From: an uncultured Acidimicrobiaceae bacterium
GTDB taxonomy: Bacteria; Actinomycetota; Acidimicrobiia; Acidimicrobiales; RAAP-2
Reading direction: 5' to 3'
DNA: 64,000 nt
Assembly: GCA_963730735.1 (NCBI GenBank)
Contig: CAVSSX010000010.1
Span: 61,619-125,618, forward strand
The notes beneath the pieces were generated by a model. The model was not told the DNA's origin. It made no database searches and saw nothing but the letters and a program-made list of their open reading frames with translations. A program made the position numbers and the translations under genes. Shown piece after piece: positions 19,354-27,733 of the stretch; the stretch's first letter is position 1, and each line of letters opens with the position of its first letter.

Positions 19354-19568
19354 TGGACACCCTTCCTTTGGGCGACGGCCGCCACCGTCCCTGCCGTGGT
19401 CCGAGCGCCGACCCCGCCCCCGCTCGTCCGGGGGTGGCGTGCCGTGTCGCTGGACGCGCCCACGAGATTCCCCGTCGGCTCAGTTCGGCGCTCGTCCCCC
19501 ACGGGGCGATGGTGGCATGGGGGCCGGACCGGCGATAGTGGGGAAACGGCGGATTTACGGCGCCGCGT

Positions 19569-21290
19569 TCATCGAGCCACACGCGCCGACAGGGCGGCGC
19601 GCGAGTCGATGTCGAGGCGGCGATAGACGTCGCCGAGGTGCTTCTCGATCGTCTTGACCGAGACGTGCAAGGTCCGCGCCGCCCCGTCGTTGGTGTAGCC
19701 ACGGCTGATCAGGTCGGCAACTTGGCGTTGGCGTGGCGTGAGCTGCTCGGCCCACGGAGCGGTGCCCGGCTGCTCGGTGAGGGCGCGGGGCACCGCCGCC
19801 CGGGACGGCAGATCCAGCGCCTTGAGTACCCGCCGGACGTGGCTCTGGGCCGTCCGGGGGGAGACGCCGAGGGCGGCGGCGATCCGCGCGTTCGATGCGC
19901 CGGCCAGCAAGAGCTCGGCCACCTCGTGCTCGCGTGGGCTCAGCGGGGCCTGGGGTTCGCCGATGAGCCGCAGCCCGATGCTGCGGAGGTCACGGCGGGC
20001 CAGCAGGGCCAACGACGTGGCCCCCAGCGAGAGCGCCTGCGCGCTGGCCGTGGACAGCGCCCGACGGGCCGATCCCGGGTCGTCGGCTCGCAAGAGGAGG
20101 GCGGACCCGGCCACGAGCCGGGCTCGGGTGGCGTCGAGGTGGCCGGCGCTGTCGGTGGCCATTGTCGCCGCCCGTTCGGCCAGCACGGCGCCCGCCGCCA
20201 CCTCGCCGTCGGCCACCGCCAGCCGGGCGCGGATCCGGTCGACGGCGGCCACGGCCATGCCGTGCGGGGGCAGTCCGGTGAGGGCCCCGGCGCGCTCACC
20301 CCACTGCTGTGCCGCCGGGATGTCACCCAGACTCAGCGCCGCCGTGACGAGCAGCTCGTAGCCGTAGGCCCGGTCGACCAGCTGGATGTGCGGGAGTCCG
20401 GGACCGCCGGCGCCGCGGAGGAGGATGTCGACCGCCGCCGTCGCCTCCTGGGCAGTGGCCAGGGCGTAGGCCGTCAGGATCAGGGCGCCGGAGACGAAGT
20501 AGCCGGCGGGACAGCGCGACGCCAAGGTGTCGATGGCGGCGACGTGCCGGTGCAACTCGTCGTGGCGGCCTCGCAAGGCGTCGACGTAGGCCCGCGAACC
20601 CCGGACCACCAGTCGCAATGCGTCGAGCCCGTGACGTTGTGCGGCCCGTTCGACGTGTGGCGCCAGGGCGTCGGCCTCGTCCAGTCGACCCTGGAACAAC
20701 AGCGCGCGGACCAGGGCCTGTCCGGCGAAGACGGCTTCAGGGTGGTCGGCTTCAGGTGCGGCCCACCACACCCGGTCGGCCACTATCTCGGCGAGATCGA
20801 GACGGCCGACCGACATCGCCGCCTCTGCCGTGAGGGCGGCGGCCCAGAGGTTGTCCGCCAGATCGTTCTCGTCCAGGCCGAGCACGGCCGTCACCGTTCC
20901 TTCGACCGCCGCCACGTCGGACCCGTTGCGCTCCAGGCCGCCCATGGCCGACGACAGCGCGCACAGCGCCCGGAACAGGTGCGGCTCGGCGCCGCCGGAC
21001 AGGCCGGAGCAGGCATCGTCGTAGGCGGCCTCGAACCGGGCCTCGAGGATCGAGGCGAACGAACGTCCGGCGGCCAACCGCCCCTGACGCGCCGACGCAC
21101 CGCCGGCCTGCGCCAGTCCCGGTTCCACCAGCCGACGGATGTCACCGGCGTCGCCGCGCAACAGGGCGAGCTGGAGCGTCACCCCCTCGTCGCCCGGTCC
21201 CCGGTCGATGGGCCCCTCCCTCGGCGCCGACTCGTCCTCGGACCGCTGCTGGGCGGTCGCTGGCAGCGGCGACGCGGCTCGGGTGGACAC
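19569..21290 (-). CDS. LuxR-family regulator with a helical-repeat N-domain and two tandem GerE-type HTH domains
   Basis: The C-terminus contains LSPREHEVAELLLAGASNARIAAALGVSPRTAQSHVRRVLKALDL. Seventeen residues later comes LTPRQRQVADLISRGYTNDGAARTLHVSVKTIEKHLGDVYRRLDI. I saw no Walker A motif in the Ala/Leu-rich N-terminal ~440 aa. Confidence 0.8.
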   Translation of the reverse strand: MSTRAASPLPATAQQRSEDESAPREGPIDRGPGDEGVTLQLALLRGDAGDIRRLVEPGLAQAGGASARQGRLAAGRSFASILEARFEAAYDDACSGLSGGAEPHLFRALCALSSAMGGLERNGSDVAAVEGTVTAVLGLDENDLADNLWAAALTAEAAMSVGRLDLAEIVADRVWWAAPEADHPEAVFAGQALVRALLFQGRLDEADALAPHVERAAQRHGLDALRLVVRGSRAYVDALRGRHDELHRHVAAIDTLASRCPAGYFVSGALILTAYALATAQEATAAVDILLRGAGGPGLPHIQLVDRAYGYELLVTAALSLGDIPAAQQWGERAGALTGLPPHGMAVAAVDRIRARLAVADGEVAAGAVLAERAATMATDSAGHLDATRARLVAGSALLLRADDPGSARRALSTASAQALSLGATSLALLARRDLRSIGLRLIGEPQAPLSPREHEVAELLLAGASNARIAAALGVSPRTAQSHVRRVLKALDLPSRAAVPRALTEQPGTAPWAEQLTPRQRQVADLISRGYTNDGAARTLHVSVKTIEKHLGDVYRRLDIDSRAALSARVAR

Positions 21291-21360
21291 GGTCTCACCG
21301 TACTAATTCGCAGAGGATTGCGCGGATGCGACGCAACCGCACAGCGCCGAGGCGTGGCCG

Positions 21361-21810
21361 TCAGGGTGTCGGATCGCCGCGCAGCCAGGGCGACCAGTCC
21401 CCGCCGGGGTCGGTGGTCTGCCCCACTTCGATCAGGTGACCGTCGGGATCCCGGATGTAGCAACGGATCTCGTACTGGTGCTGCTTGGGCGGGGTCAGGA
21501 ACTGCGCGCCGCGGGCCCGCCACTCCTCGTAGACGGCGTGGATGTCCTTGACCCGGATGTTGAGGAAGCTGCTGACCCGGGTCGGATCGTCCGGTGTGGC
21601 CAGCGTGACGTCGGGCTTGTCGTCGGTCGGACCGCCACCGACGTTGATGATGATGAAGGTGTTGGCCAGGGCGACGTAGGTCACGTCGCCCGAGAAGGCC
21701 ACCGTGCCCCCGAGGACCTCGGTGTAGAAGCGCCGGGAGCGCTCGACGTCGTCGGACACGATGAAGTGGGCGAGGACGATCCCCTCGACCGGTGGGACGA
21801 ACTCGGCCAT
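21361..21810 (-). CDS. VOC (glyoxalase/bleomycin-resistance/dioxygenase) family protein
   Basis: GGAGG precedes the ATG at 21810. Family-like segments are IVLAHFIVSDDVERSRRFYTEVLGG and CYIRDPDGHLIEV. Confidence 0.85.
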   Translation of the reverse strand: MAEFVPPVEGIVLAHFIVSDDVERSRRFYTEVLGGTVAFSGDVTYVALANTFIIINVGGGPTDDKPDVTLATPDDPTRVSSFLNIRVKDIHAVYEEWRARGAQFLTPPKQHQYEIRCYIRDPDGHLIEVGQTTDPGGDWSPWLRGDPTP

Positions 21811-22036
21811 CTCGTACCTCCGCTGCTGGGGCCCCGCACCGGCGGTCGGCGGGTCGGTGCCGTCGTGTTGGTGAGAGGAATTCCGGCATCCCGCGTCGTC
21901 CCTCGACTCACCGGATCGGCCTGTCGAGCGTACCCACGGGGACCAGTGGACGTCGGAAGCAACCAGCGCGAGTGTGGCCCGGTACCGACCCGCCCGAGGG
22001 CGGAGGCTGTTCGCCGAGACGGAGGGGCCCGCGGTC

Positions 22037-22481
22037 ATGGACATGAAGCTCGAAGTGGTGGTGGTCCCGGTCGCCGACGTCGATCGGGCCAAGGCCTTCT
22101 ATCTGTCACTCGGATGGCGTCTGGACGCCGACGTCCTCGGCCCGGACCACTTCCGGGTGGTGCAGCTGACGCCGCCCGGCTCGCAGTGCTCGATCATCAT
22201 CGGCCACGGACTCACCGGCGCCGCCCCGGGTTCGACCGAGGGGTTGCAACTCGTGGTCGACGACATCGACGCCGCCCGGGCCGAACTTCTCGAGCGTGGG
22301 GTGGGCGTCAGCGAGGTGTTCCACGACGCCGGTGGCGTGTTCCACCACGCCGGGACCGCCGCCCGGGTCCGGGGAGCTGCGCCCGAGCACGCCAGTTACG
22401 GCTCGTTCGCCTCGTTCGACGACCCCGACGGCAATTCCTGGTTCCTACAAGAAGTGACGAACGCGCCTCCCGGGGCGCTGA
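22037..22481 (+). pseudogene. VOC-family protein whose stop codon is lost through an extra G in a G4 run (22472-22475)
   Basis: MDMKLEVVVVPVADVDRAKAFYLSLGWRLDAD...SFASFDDPDGNSWFLQEVTNAPPG. With GGG instead of GGGG the reading becomes ...APPGR-TGA (stop at 22479-22481), the usual end of this family. As assembled, the frame runs on for 640 aa, antisense to the next gene. Confidence 0.8.
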
Positions 22482-22520
22482 TCCCCGAGCTGTCGGCCCA
22501 CACCGAGGAGGACTCCCCCG

Positions 22521-22676
22521 ATGACGACGACCTTCGATTCCGCCGACGAACTGGCGGCAGCACTCCGGCGGGCGGCGGCGGCGCACGGCCGCCACGAGAC
22601 GGAGATCGGGCATGCCGACGCCAACTGGCCGGACTGGTACGCGCAGTTCATGGTGGACGAACAGTCCGGTCACTGA
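22521..22676 (+). CDS. Small conserved-looking protein (51 aa) with an NWPDWY motif
   Basis: GAGGAGG lies 9 nt upstream of the ATG at 22521. Product: MTTTFDSADELAAALRRAAAAHGRHETEIGHADANWPDWYAQFMVDEQSGH. From memory, similar tails occur fused to or next to VOC proteins. It is too short to appear in the ORF track. Confidence 0.5.
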   Translation: MTTTFDSADELAAALRRAAAAHGRHETEIGHADANWPDWYAQFMVDEQSGH

Positions 22677-22702
22677 TCCGGGCCGGTCCGTCGGCCGGCC
22701 CC

Positions 22703-23650
22703 CTACGAGAGCAGCGGCGCCACCTCGCTGCCGAAGGCCTCCATCTGGTCGAGCAACTCGCTCTTCGAGCGGTTGAAGAAGCGCAGGTGCAGGGCATTGG
22801 CCCCGGCGGCGATGGCCGTGCGCAGTTGCTCGGCGATCTGCTCGGGCGTGCCGCTCAGCGTCGGGCCCCGCTCGACCGAGGGGGCGTCGCCCACGTAGAG
22901 CATGCCGGCGTGGAAGCCGATGTCGAAGCGGTGGCCGGCCCGCCCGGCCTTCTCGGCGCTGGCCTGGATGGTCTCGATGATCTCGGGGAGCTGGCTCACC
23001 GGGTTGCCCATCGGGATGTAGCCGTCGGCCGATCGGCCGACCCGCCGCCAGGCGGCGGCCCCCATCCCGCCGATCCAGATGGGCAGCTCGGCCTGGTCGG
23101 GTTGCGGGCCGATACCCATCTTGTCGAACTGCGAGAACTCGCCGTCGAACGAGGCGTACTTCGGACCGATGGCCGCCCGGACGGCCTCGATGGACTCGTC
23201 GAGGCGTCGGCCCCGCTGGTGGAAGTCGATCCCGAGGGCCTCGAACTCCGCCTCGACGTGGCCCGCCCCCATGCCCAGGATGACCCGGCCGTGGGAGAGG
23301 TGGTCGAGGGTGGTGAAGGACTTGGCCGTCTGGAGCGGATGCCGGTAGGCGGCGATCCAGACGACGGACAGGAGCCGGACCGACTCGGTCTGGCCGGCCA
23401 GGAAGCCCAACGTGGCGATCGTGTCGTACCAGGTGGTGGTCATGTGGGCGGCGTAGTCGTTGTCGGGCACGGCGATGTGGTCGCACACCCCGATGAAGGT
23501 GTGCCCGGTGGCCTCGGCCTTCTGGGCGATGTCGACCAGGTCCTCGATCGACGCCTCGAGCTCCCAGTCCACCCGGGTGGAGGCACTCAGCGTTTGGATC
23601 GGCAACTGCATGCCGTAGATCACCTGGCCTGGAGCAACAACGTTCGCCAT
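22703..23650 (-). CDS. LLM-class (luciferase-like) F420-dependent oxidoreductase
   Basis: 315 aa. Typical LLM segments: VCDHIAVP, GRVILGMGAGHVEAEFEALGIDF, IWIGGMGAAAWRRVGRSADGY. Confidence 0.9.
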   Translation of the reverse strand: MANVVAPGQVIYGMQLPIQTLSASTRVDWELEASIEDLVDIAQKAEATGHTFIGVCDHIAVPDNDYAAHMTTTWYDTIATLGFLAGQTESVRLLSVVWIAAYRHPLQTAKSFTTLDHLSHGRVILGMGAGHVEAEFEALGIDFHQRGRRLDESIEAVRAAIGPKYASFDGEFSQFDKMGIGPQPDQAELPIWIGGMGAAAWRRVGRSADGYIPMGNPVSQLPEIIETIQASAEKAGRAGHRFDIGFHAGMLYVGDAPSVERGPTLSGTPEQIAEQLRTAIAAGANALHLRFFNRSKSELLDQMEAFGSEVAPLLS

Positions 23651-23705
23651 CGGACGCCTTTCGCTAGATCGTGTGCAGATCTTGCACGTTTTTTCTCCTC
23701 GGGGC

Positions 23706-24950
23706 TCAGGCGCCGGTCGTCGGGGCGGCCGGCGGCGGGTCGAGGGCGCCGGCGGCCGGCGAGGCCTCGCCCCACGGACGGAGCAGGAGGGCCAGCGCCG
23801 GGAAGACGATCACCGAGACCAGTCCGGCCGTCACCAGCGCCGCCGCCGTCGACCGGGAGAGGAAGTGGAGGTCGAGGCCGATGGTCACCACGATGATCGG
23901 GAAGGTGAGCGACGTGGCCTGCATCGCCCCCGAGGCCACCGCCCCCCGGGTGGTCATCCCCCGGCGCAGCAGGAGGCCGGCCGTGAGGCCCCGGGCGACG
24001 GCCATGCCGACCACGAAGAGCGGGACCAGCAGCAGCGTGCTCTCGCTGTGGAACACCCCGCGGATGTCGAGCTGGACCCCGGTGCTGATGAAGAACACCG
24101 GCACCACGAACCCGAAGCCGATGGCACTGAGCTTGGCCGTGTAACGCTCCCGGGACTCGTCGTTCAGGTGACGGTTGGCGGCGTGCAGGACGATGCCGGC
24201 CACGAAGGCCCCGAGGACGGCGCTCAAACCGAAGCTGTGCACCAGGGTGGCGAAGAGCAGGAGGAGGACGAAGGCGCTGCGCACGCGTAGCTGGGAGGTG
24301 GTCTCGTCGAGCCGGTCGAGGGACTCGCGGAACCAGCGAGTACCCCACCAGGCCCGGATGGCGATCACCGCCACCACCCCGCTCACGGCCAGACCCACCA
24401 CGTAGAGGACCTGGATCGGGGTCGACTTGGGGTCGGCCGAGAACAGGATGGTGAACAGCAGCAAGGAGGCGAACTCCCCGATGCTGGCCGTCACCAGCAC
24501 CGTCTGGCCGAACGACGAGCCGGCCTCGCCGGCGTCGCGCAGGATGGGGGCCACCACTCCGAGCGAGGTCGAGGTGAGGGCGATGGCCAACAGCCGGAGG
24601 TCCCCGTGGGCCCCGGCGGCCTTGAGCCCGATGGCCAGGGGGAAGGCCAGGACCAGCGCGGCCACGAACGCCCCCAGTCCGAGCCGGGCCTCTCGACCGA
24701 CCAGTGACTTCGGCGTCAGCTCCATGCCGGCCAGGAACAGGAGGAAACCGAGGCCGATGAACGAGAGGACCTCGACCGGGACGCTGATGGTGAGCACGTT
24801 CAGGACCTGGGGCCCGAGGACGACCCCGGCCACCACCTCGAGCACCACCGGGGGCAACAGGCCCCTCGGGACCAGCTCGGCCAACATCGGCGCCGCCACG
24901 GCGACCACGGCGATCACCAGGAGCCCGGCGTAGCCGAGGTCGGCGCTCAC
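23706..24950 (-). CDS. Cation:proton antiporter (CPA family Na+/H+ exchanger-like)
   Basis: GTG at 24950 with GAGGGG upstream. About 12 hydrophobic helices (…LSFIGLGFLLFLAGMEL…). The 1126-aa track ORF upstream of 24950 is antisense to the GH15 gene. Confidence 0.85.
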   Translation of the reverse strand: MSADLGYAGLLVIAVVAVAAPMLAELVPRGLLPPVVLEVVAGVVLGPQVLNVLTISVPVEVLSFIGLGFLLFLAGMELTPKSLVGREARLGLGAFVAALVLAFPLAIGLKAAGAHGDLRLLAIALTSTSLGVVAPILRDAGEAGSSFGQTVLVTASIGEFASLLLFTILFSADPKSTPIQVLYVVGLAVSGVVAVIAIRAWWGTRWFRESLDRLDETTSQLRVRSAFVLLLLFATLVHSFGLSAVLGAFVAGIVLHAANRHLNDESRERYTAKLSAIGFGFVVPVFFISTGVQLDIRGVFHSESTLLLVPLFVVGMAVARGLTAGLLLRRGMTTRGAVASGAMQATSLTFPIIVVTIGLDLHFLSRSTAAALVTAGLVSVIVFPALALLLRPWGEASPAAGALDPPPAAPTTGA

Positions 24951-25190
24951 GGGGACCCCTCGGCGGCGGGCGACGTCGACCCGGCGGCCGGCACCCCTGG
25001 GGCGCCACCCGACCACCGAACCCCCGTCGCCCTCATCTGCCCGTGTGCTCCCTGGTCGGTTCCGGCCTCTTGGTTGGAGAGGATTCTGTCGGGCCGCCGG
25101 CCGCGTCGCACCTTGGTGCCCCGACGGCGCGAGGTGGGGATATTTGGTCGCACCCTTTCGCAATAGCCGCTGCTCTGAGAAGCTGTAGCG

Positions 25191-27089
25191 ATGTCGACCC
25201 CGGACATCCAGGCCGCCCCCGATCAATCGCCGTTCCCGCCGATCGCCGACTACGGGTTCCTCTCGGACTGCGAAGCCAGCGCCCTGGTGGCGTCGAACGG
25301 CAACGTCGAGTGGATGTGCCTGCCCAGGATGGACTCGCCCTCGGTGTTCGGCGCCCTGCTCGACCGTGACGCCGGACGCTTCCGGTTGGGGCCCGACGGC
25401 ATCGACGTCCCGGTGGCCCGGCGCTACCTGCCCGGCTCGATGGTGCTCGAGACGACGTGGGGCTCCGACACCGGCTGGATCGTCGTCCGCGACGTGCTGT
25501 TGATCGGGCCCTGGCACAACCAAGAGGCGCGCTCGCGCACCCACCGGCGCACGCCGACCGACTATGACGCCGAGCACGTCCTGCTGCGGACGGTGCGGTG
25601 CGTGACCGGCGAGGTGCAGGTGACCCTCGACTGCGAGCCGCTCTTCGACTACGGCCGCCAGCCGGCCACCTGGACCTACAAGGGCGACGGCTACCACCAG
25701 GGCGTGGCCCGGTGCGACGACATGGACCTCGAGCTGACGTTGACCACCGACATGCGGCTCGGCTTCGAGGGCCCGAGGGCCCTGGCCCGCACGCTGTTGA
25801 AGGAAGGCGACAAGCGCTTCTGTGCCCTGTCGTGGAGCGGCGTCGACCCCCCGAGGAACTTCGACGACGCCTACGCCCGACTGGTCTGGACGGCCCACCA
25901 CTGGCAGCACTGGCTGGCCCGGGGCAACTTCCCCGACCACCCGTGGCGCACCCACCTCCAGCGCAGCGCCCTCACCCTGAAGGGCCTCACCTACTCCAAC
26001 ACCGGGGCCCTGCTGGCTGCGGCCACCACCTCGCTCCCCGAGACGCCGGGCGGCGAACGGAACTACGACTACCGGTTCAGCTGGATCCGGGACTCGACGT
26101 TCGCCCTGTGGGCGCTGTACACCCTCGGCTTCGACTGGGAGGCCAACGACTTCTTCTACTTCATCTCCGACGTGGCCGGACAGGGCGACGACCTCCAGAT
26201 CATGTACGGGATCGGCGGCGAGCGCGATCTCGAGGAGCAGACGCTCGACCACCTGAGCGGCTACAACGGCGCCCAGCCGGTTCGGGTGGGCAATGCCGCG
26301 CACGACCAGCGCCAGCATGACGTCTGGGGCTCGCTGCTCGATTCCGTCTATCTCCACACCCGGTCGCGCGACCGCCTCGACGACAACCTCTGGCCGCTGC
26401 TCAAGCGCCAGGTCGAGGCGGCCCTGGCCCACTGGAAGGAGCCCGACCAGGGCATCTGGGAGGTCCGGGGCGAACCGCAGCACTTCACATCGTCCAAGAT
26501 CATGTGCTGGGTGGCCGCCGACCGGGGGGCCCGCCTGGCCCACCTGCGCGACGAGCACGAGCTGGCCCAGAAGTGGCACAAGGCGGCCGACGAGATCCAC
26601 GCCGACATCTGTGCCCGCGGCACCGACGGCCGGGGGGTGTTCACCCAGCACTACGGCACCGAGGCCCTCGATGCCTCGCTGCTGCTCATCCCGCTCTTCC
26701 GGTTCCTGCCCCCCGAGGACCCGCGCGTCCGCAACACGGTGATGGCCATCGCCGAGGAGCTGACCACCGACGACCTGGTGCTCCGCTACCTGACCGAGGA
26801 GACCGACGACGGCTTCTCGGGCCACGAAGGCACGTTCACCATCTGCTCGTTCTGGCTGGTGTCGGCCCTGGTCGAGATCGGCGAATTCCACCGGGCCAAG
26901 CAGCTGTGCGGCAAGCTCCTGTCGTTCGCCAGCCCGCTCGACCTCTTCGCCGAGGAGATCGACCCCCACAGCGGCAGCCAGCTCGGCAACTTCCCGCAGG
27001 CCTTCACCCACCTGGCCCTCATCAACGCCGTCATCCACGTGATCCGGGCCGAGCAGGGCGAGATGGCGACCCCCTTCGACCAGCACTGA
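25191..27089 (+). CDS. Glycoside hydrolase family 15 (glucoamylase/trehalase-like)
   Basis: 632 aa. IADYGFLSDCEASALVASNGNVEWMCLPRMDSPSVFGALLD at the N-terminus, and an (alpha/alpha)6 region with WIRDSTFALWAL. Confidence 0.9.
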   Translation: MSTPDIQAAPDQSPFPPIADYGFLSDCEASALVASNGNVEWMCLPRMDSPSVFGALLDRDAGRFRLGPDGIDVPVARRYLPGSMVLETTWGSDTGWIVVRDVLLIGPWHNQEARSRTHRRTPTDYDAEHVLLRTVRCVTGEVQVTLDCEPLFDYGRQPATWTYKGDGYHQGVARCDDMDLELTLTTDMRLGFEGPRALARTLLKEGDKRFCALSWSGVDPPRNFDDAYARLVWTAHHWQHWLARGNFPDHPWRTHLQRSALTLKGLTYSNTGALLAAATTSLPETPGGERNYDYRFSWIRDSTFALWALYTLGFDWEANDFFYFISDVAGQGDDLQIMYGIGGERDLEEQTLDHLSGYNGAQPVRVGNAAHDQRQHDVWGSLLDSVYLHTRSRDRLDDNLWPLLKRQVEAALAHWKEPDQGIWEVRGEPQHFTSSKIMCWVAADRGARLAHLRDEHELAQKWHKAADEIHADICARGTDGRGVFTQHYGTEALDASLLLIPLFRFLPPEDPRVRNTVMAIAEELTTDDLVLRYLTEETDDGFSGHEGTFTICSFWLVSALVEIGEFHRAKQLCGKLLSFASPLDLFAEEIDPHSGSQLGNFPQAFTHLALINAVIHVIRAEQGEMATPFDQH

Positions 27090-27122
27090 CTTCGAGTCCG
27101 CGTTGGTCGGGCAGCCGGGTGC

Positions 27123-27584
27123 TCAGCTGCGGCAGGCCACCCGGGCCGAGGGCGCGGACAGGGACCCGGTGACCGGGAACCGCACCCGGATCCGGGTGGC
27201 ACCCTGACGGAGCGTCGGCACGACCACGTCGCCGGCGGCCACCGACGAGCCGGCACTCGCCACCTCGACGGCGCAGGTCACCGAGCCCGACGTCGGGCCG
27301 GTCAACTCGAGCGTCACCTGTTCGTGGCCGGCAGTCGGCCCGGGGCCGACGCTGACCACCCGGGCGGCCACGGCGCTCGAACCGTCGCCGGCGAGCAGCA
27401 CCTCGATGCCCGTGCCGATGGCCGCCGCCGCCAGCGCCACGGCCAGCAGCAGGGCCAGGAGACGGACCGCCCGGGGCCGTCGCCGACGCGGGAACTCGAC
27501 GTCGGCCGGGTCCACCCCGGTCGGGTCGTCCTCCCACCACGGACGGTCCGGGAACGAGCCGTCGGCCTCGGGCACGCTCGTCAT
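27123..27584 (-). CDS. Single-pass membrane protein (DUF4307-like architecture)
   Basis: A short cytosolic N-terminus with an RRRR anchor, the TM helix AVRLLALLLAVALAAAAIGTGI, then a ~90-aa beta-rich ectodomain with two Cys. Confidence 0.6.
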   Translation of the reverse strand: MTSVPEADGSFPDRPWWEDDPTGVDPADVEFPRRRRPRAVRLLALLLAVALAAAAIGTGIEVLLAGDGSSAVAARVVSVGPGPTAGHEQVTLELTGPTSGSVTCAVEVASAGSSVAAGDVVVPTLRQGATRIRVRFPVTGSLSAPSARVACRS

Positions 27585-27733
27585 CGGCGCACCCTACCCA
27601 GCCGGCCACCGGCGGCACCGGCCGGGCGGGCCCCATCGAGCCGAGGTACACGACGGCGGGGATAGCTCTACGCTGCCCAGATGTCAGCGATCCGCCCGCC
27701 CGAGGTGTCCACGACGGCGACCGGGAGCCACCG

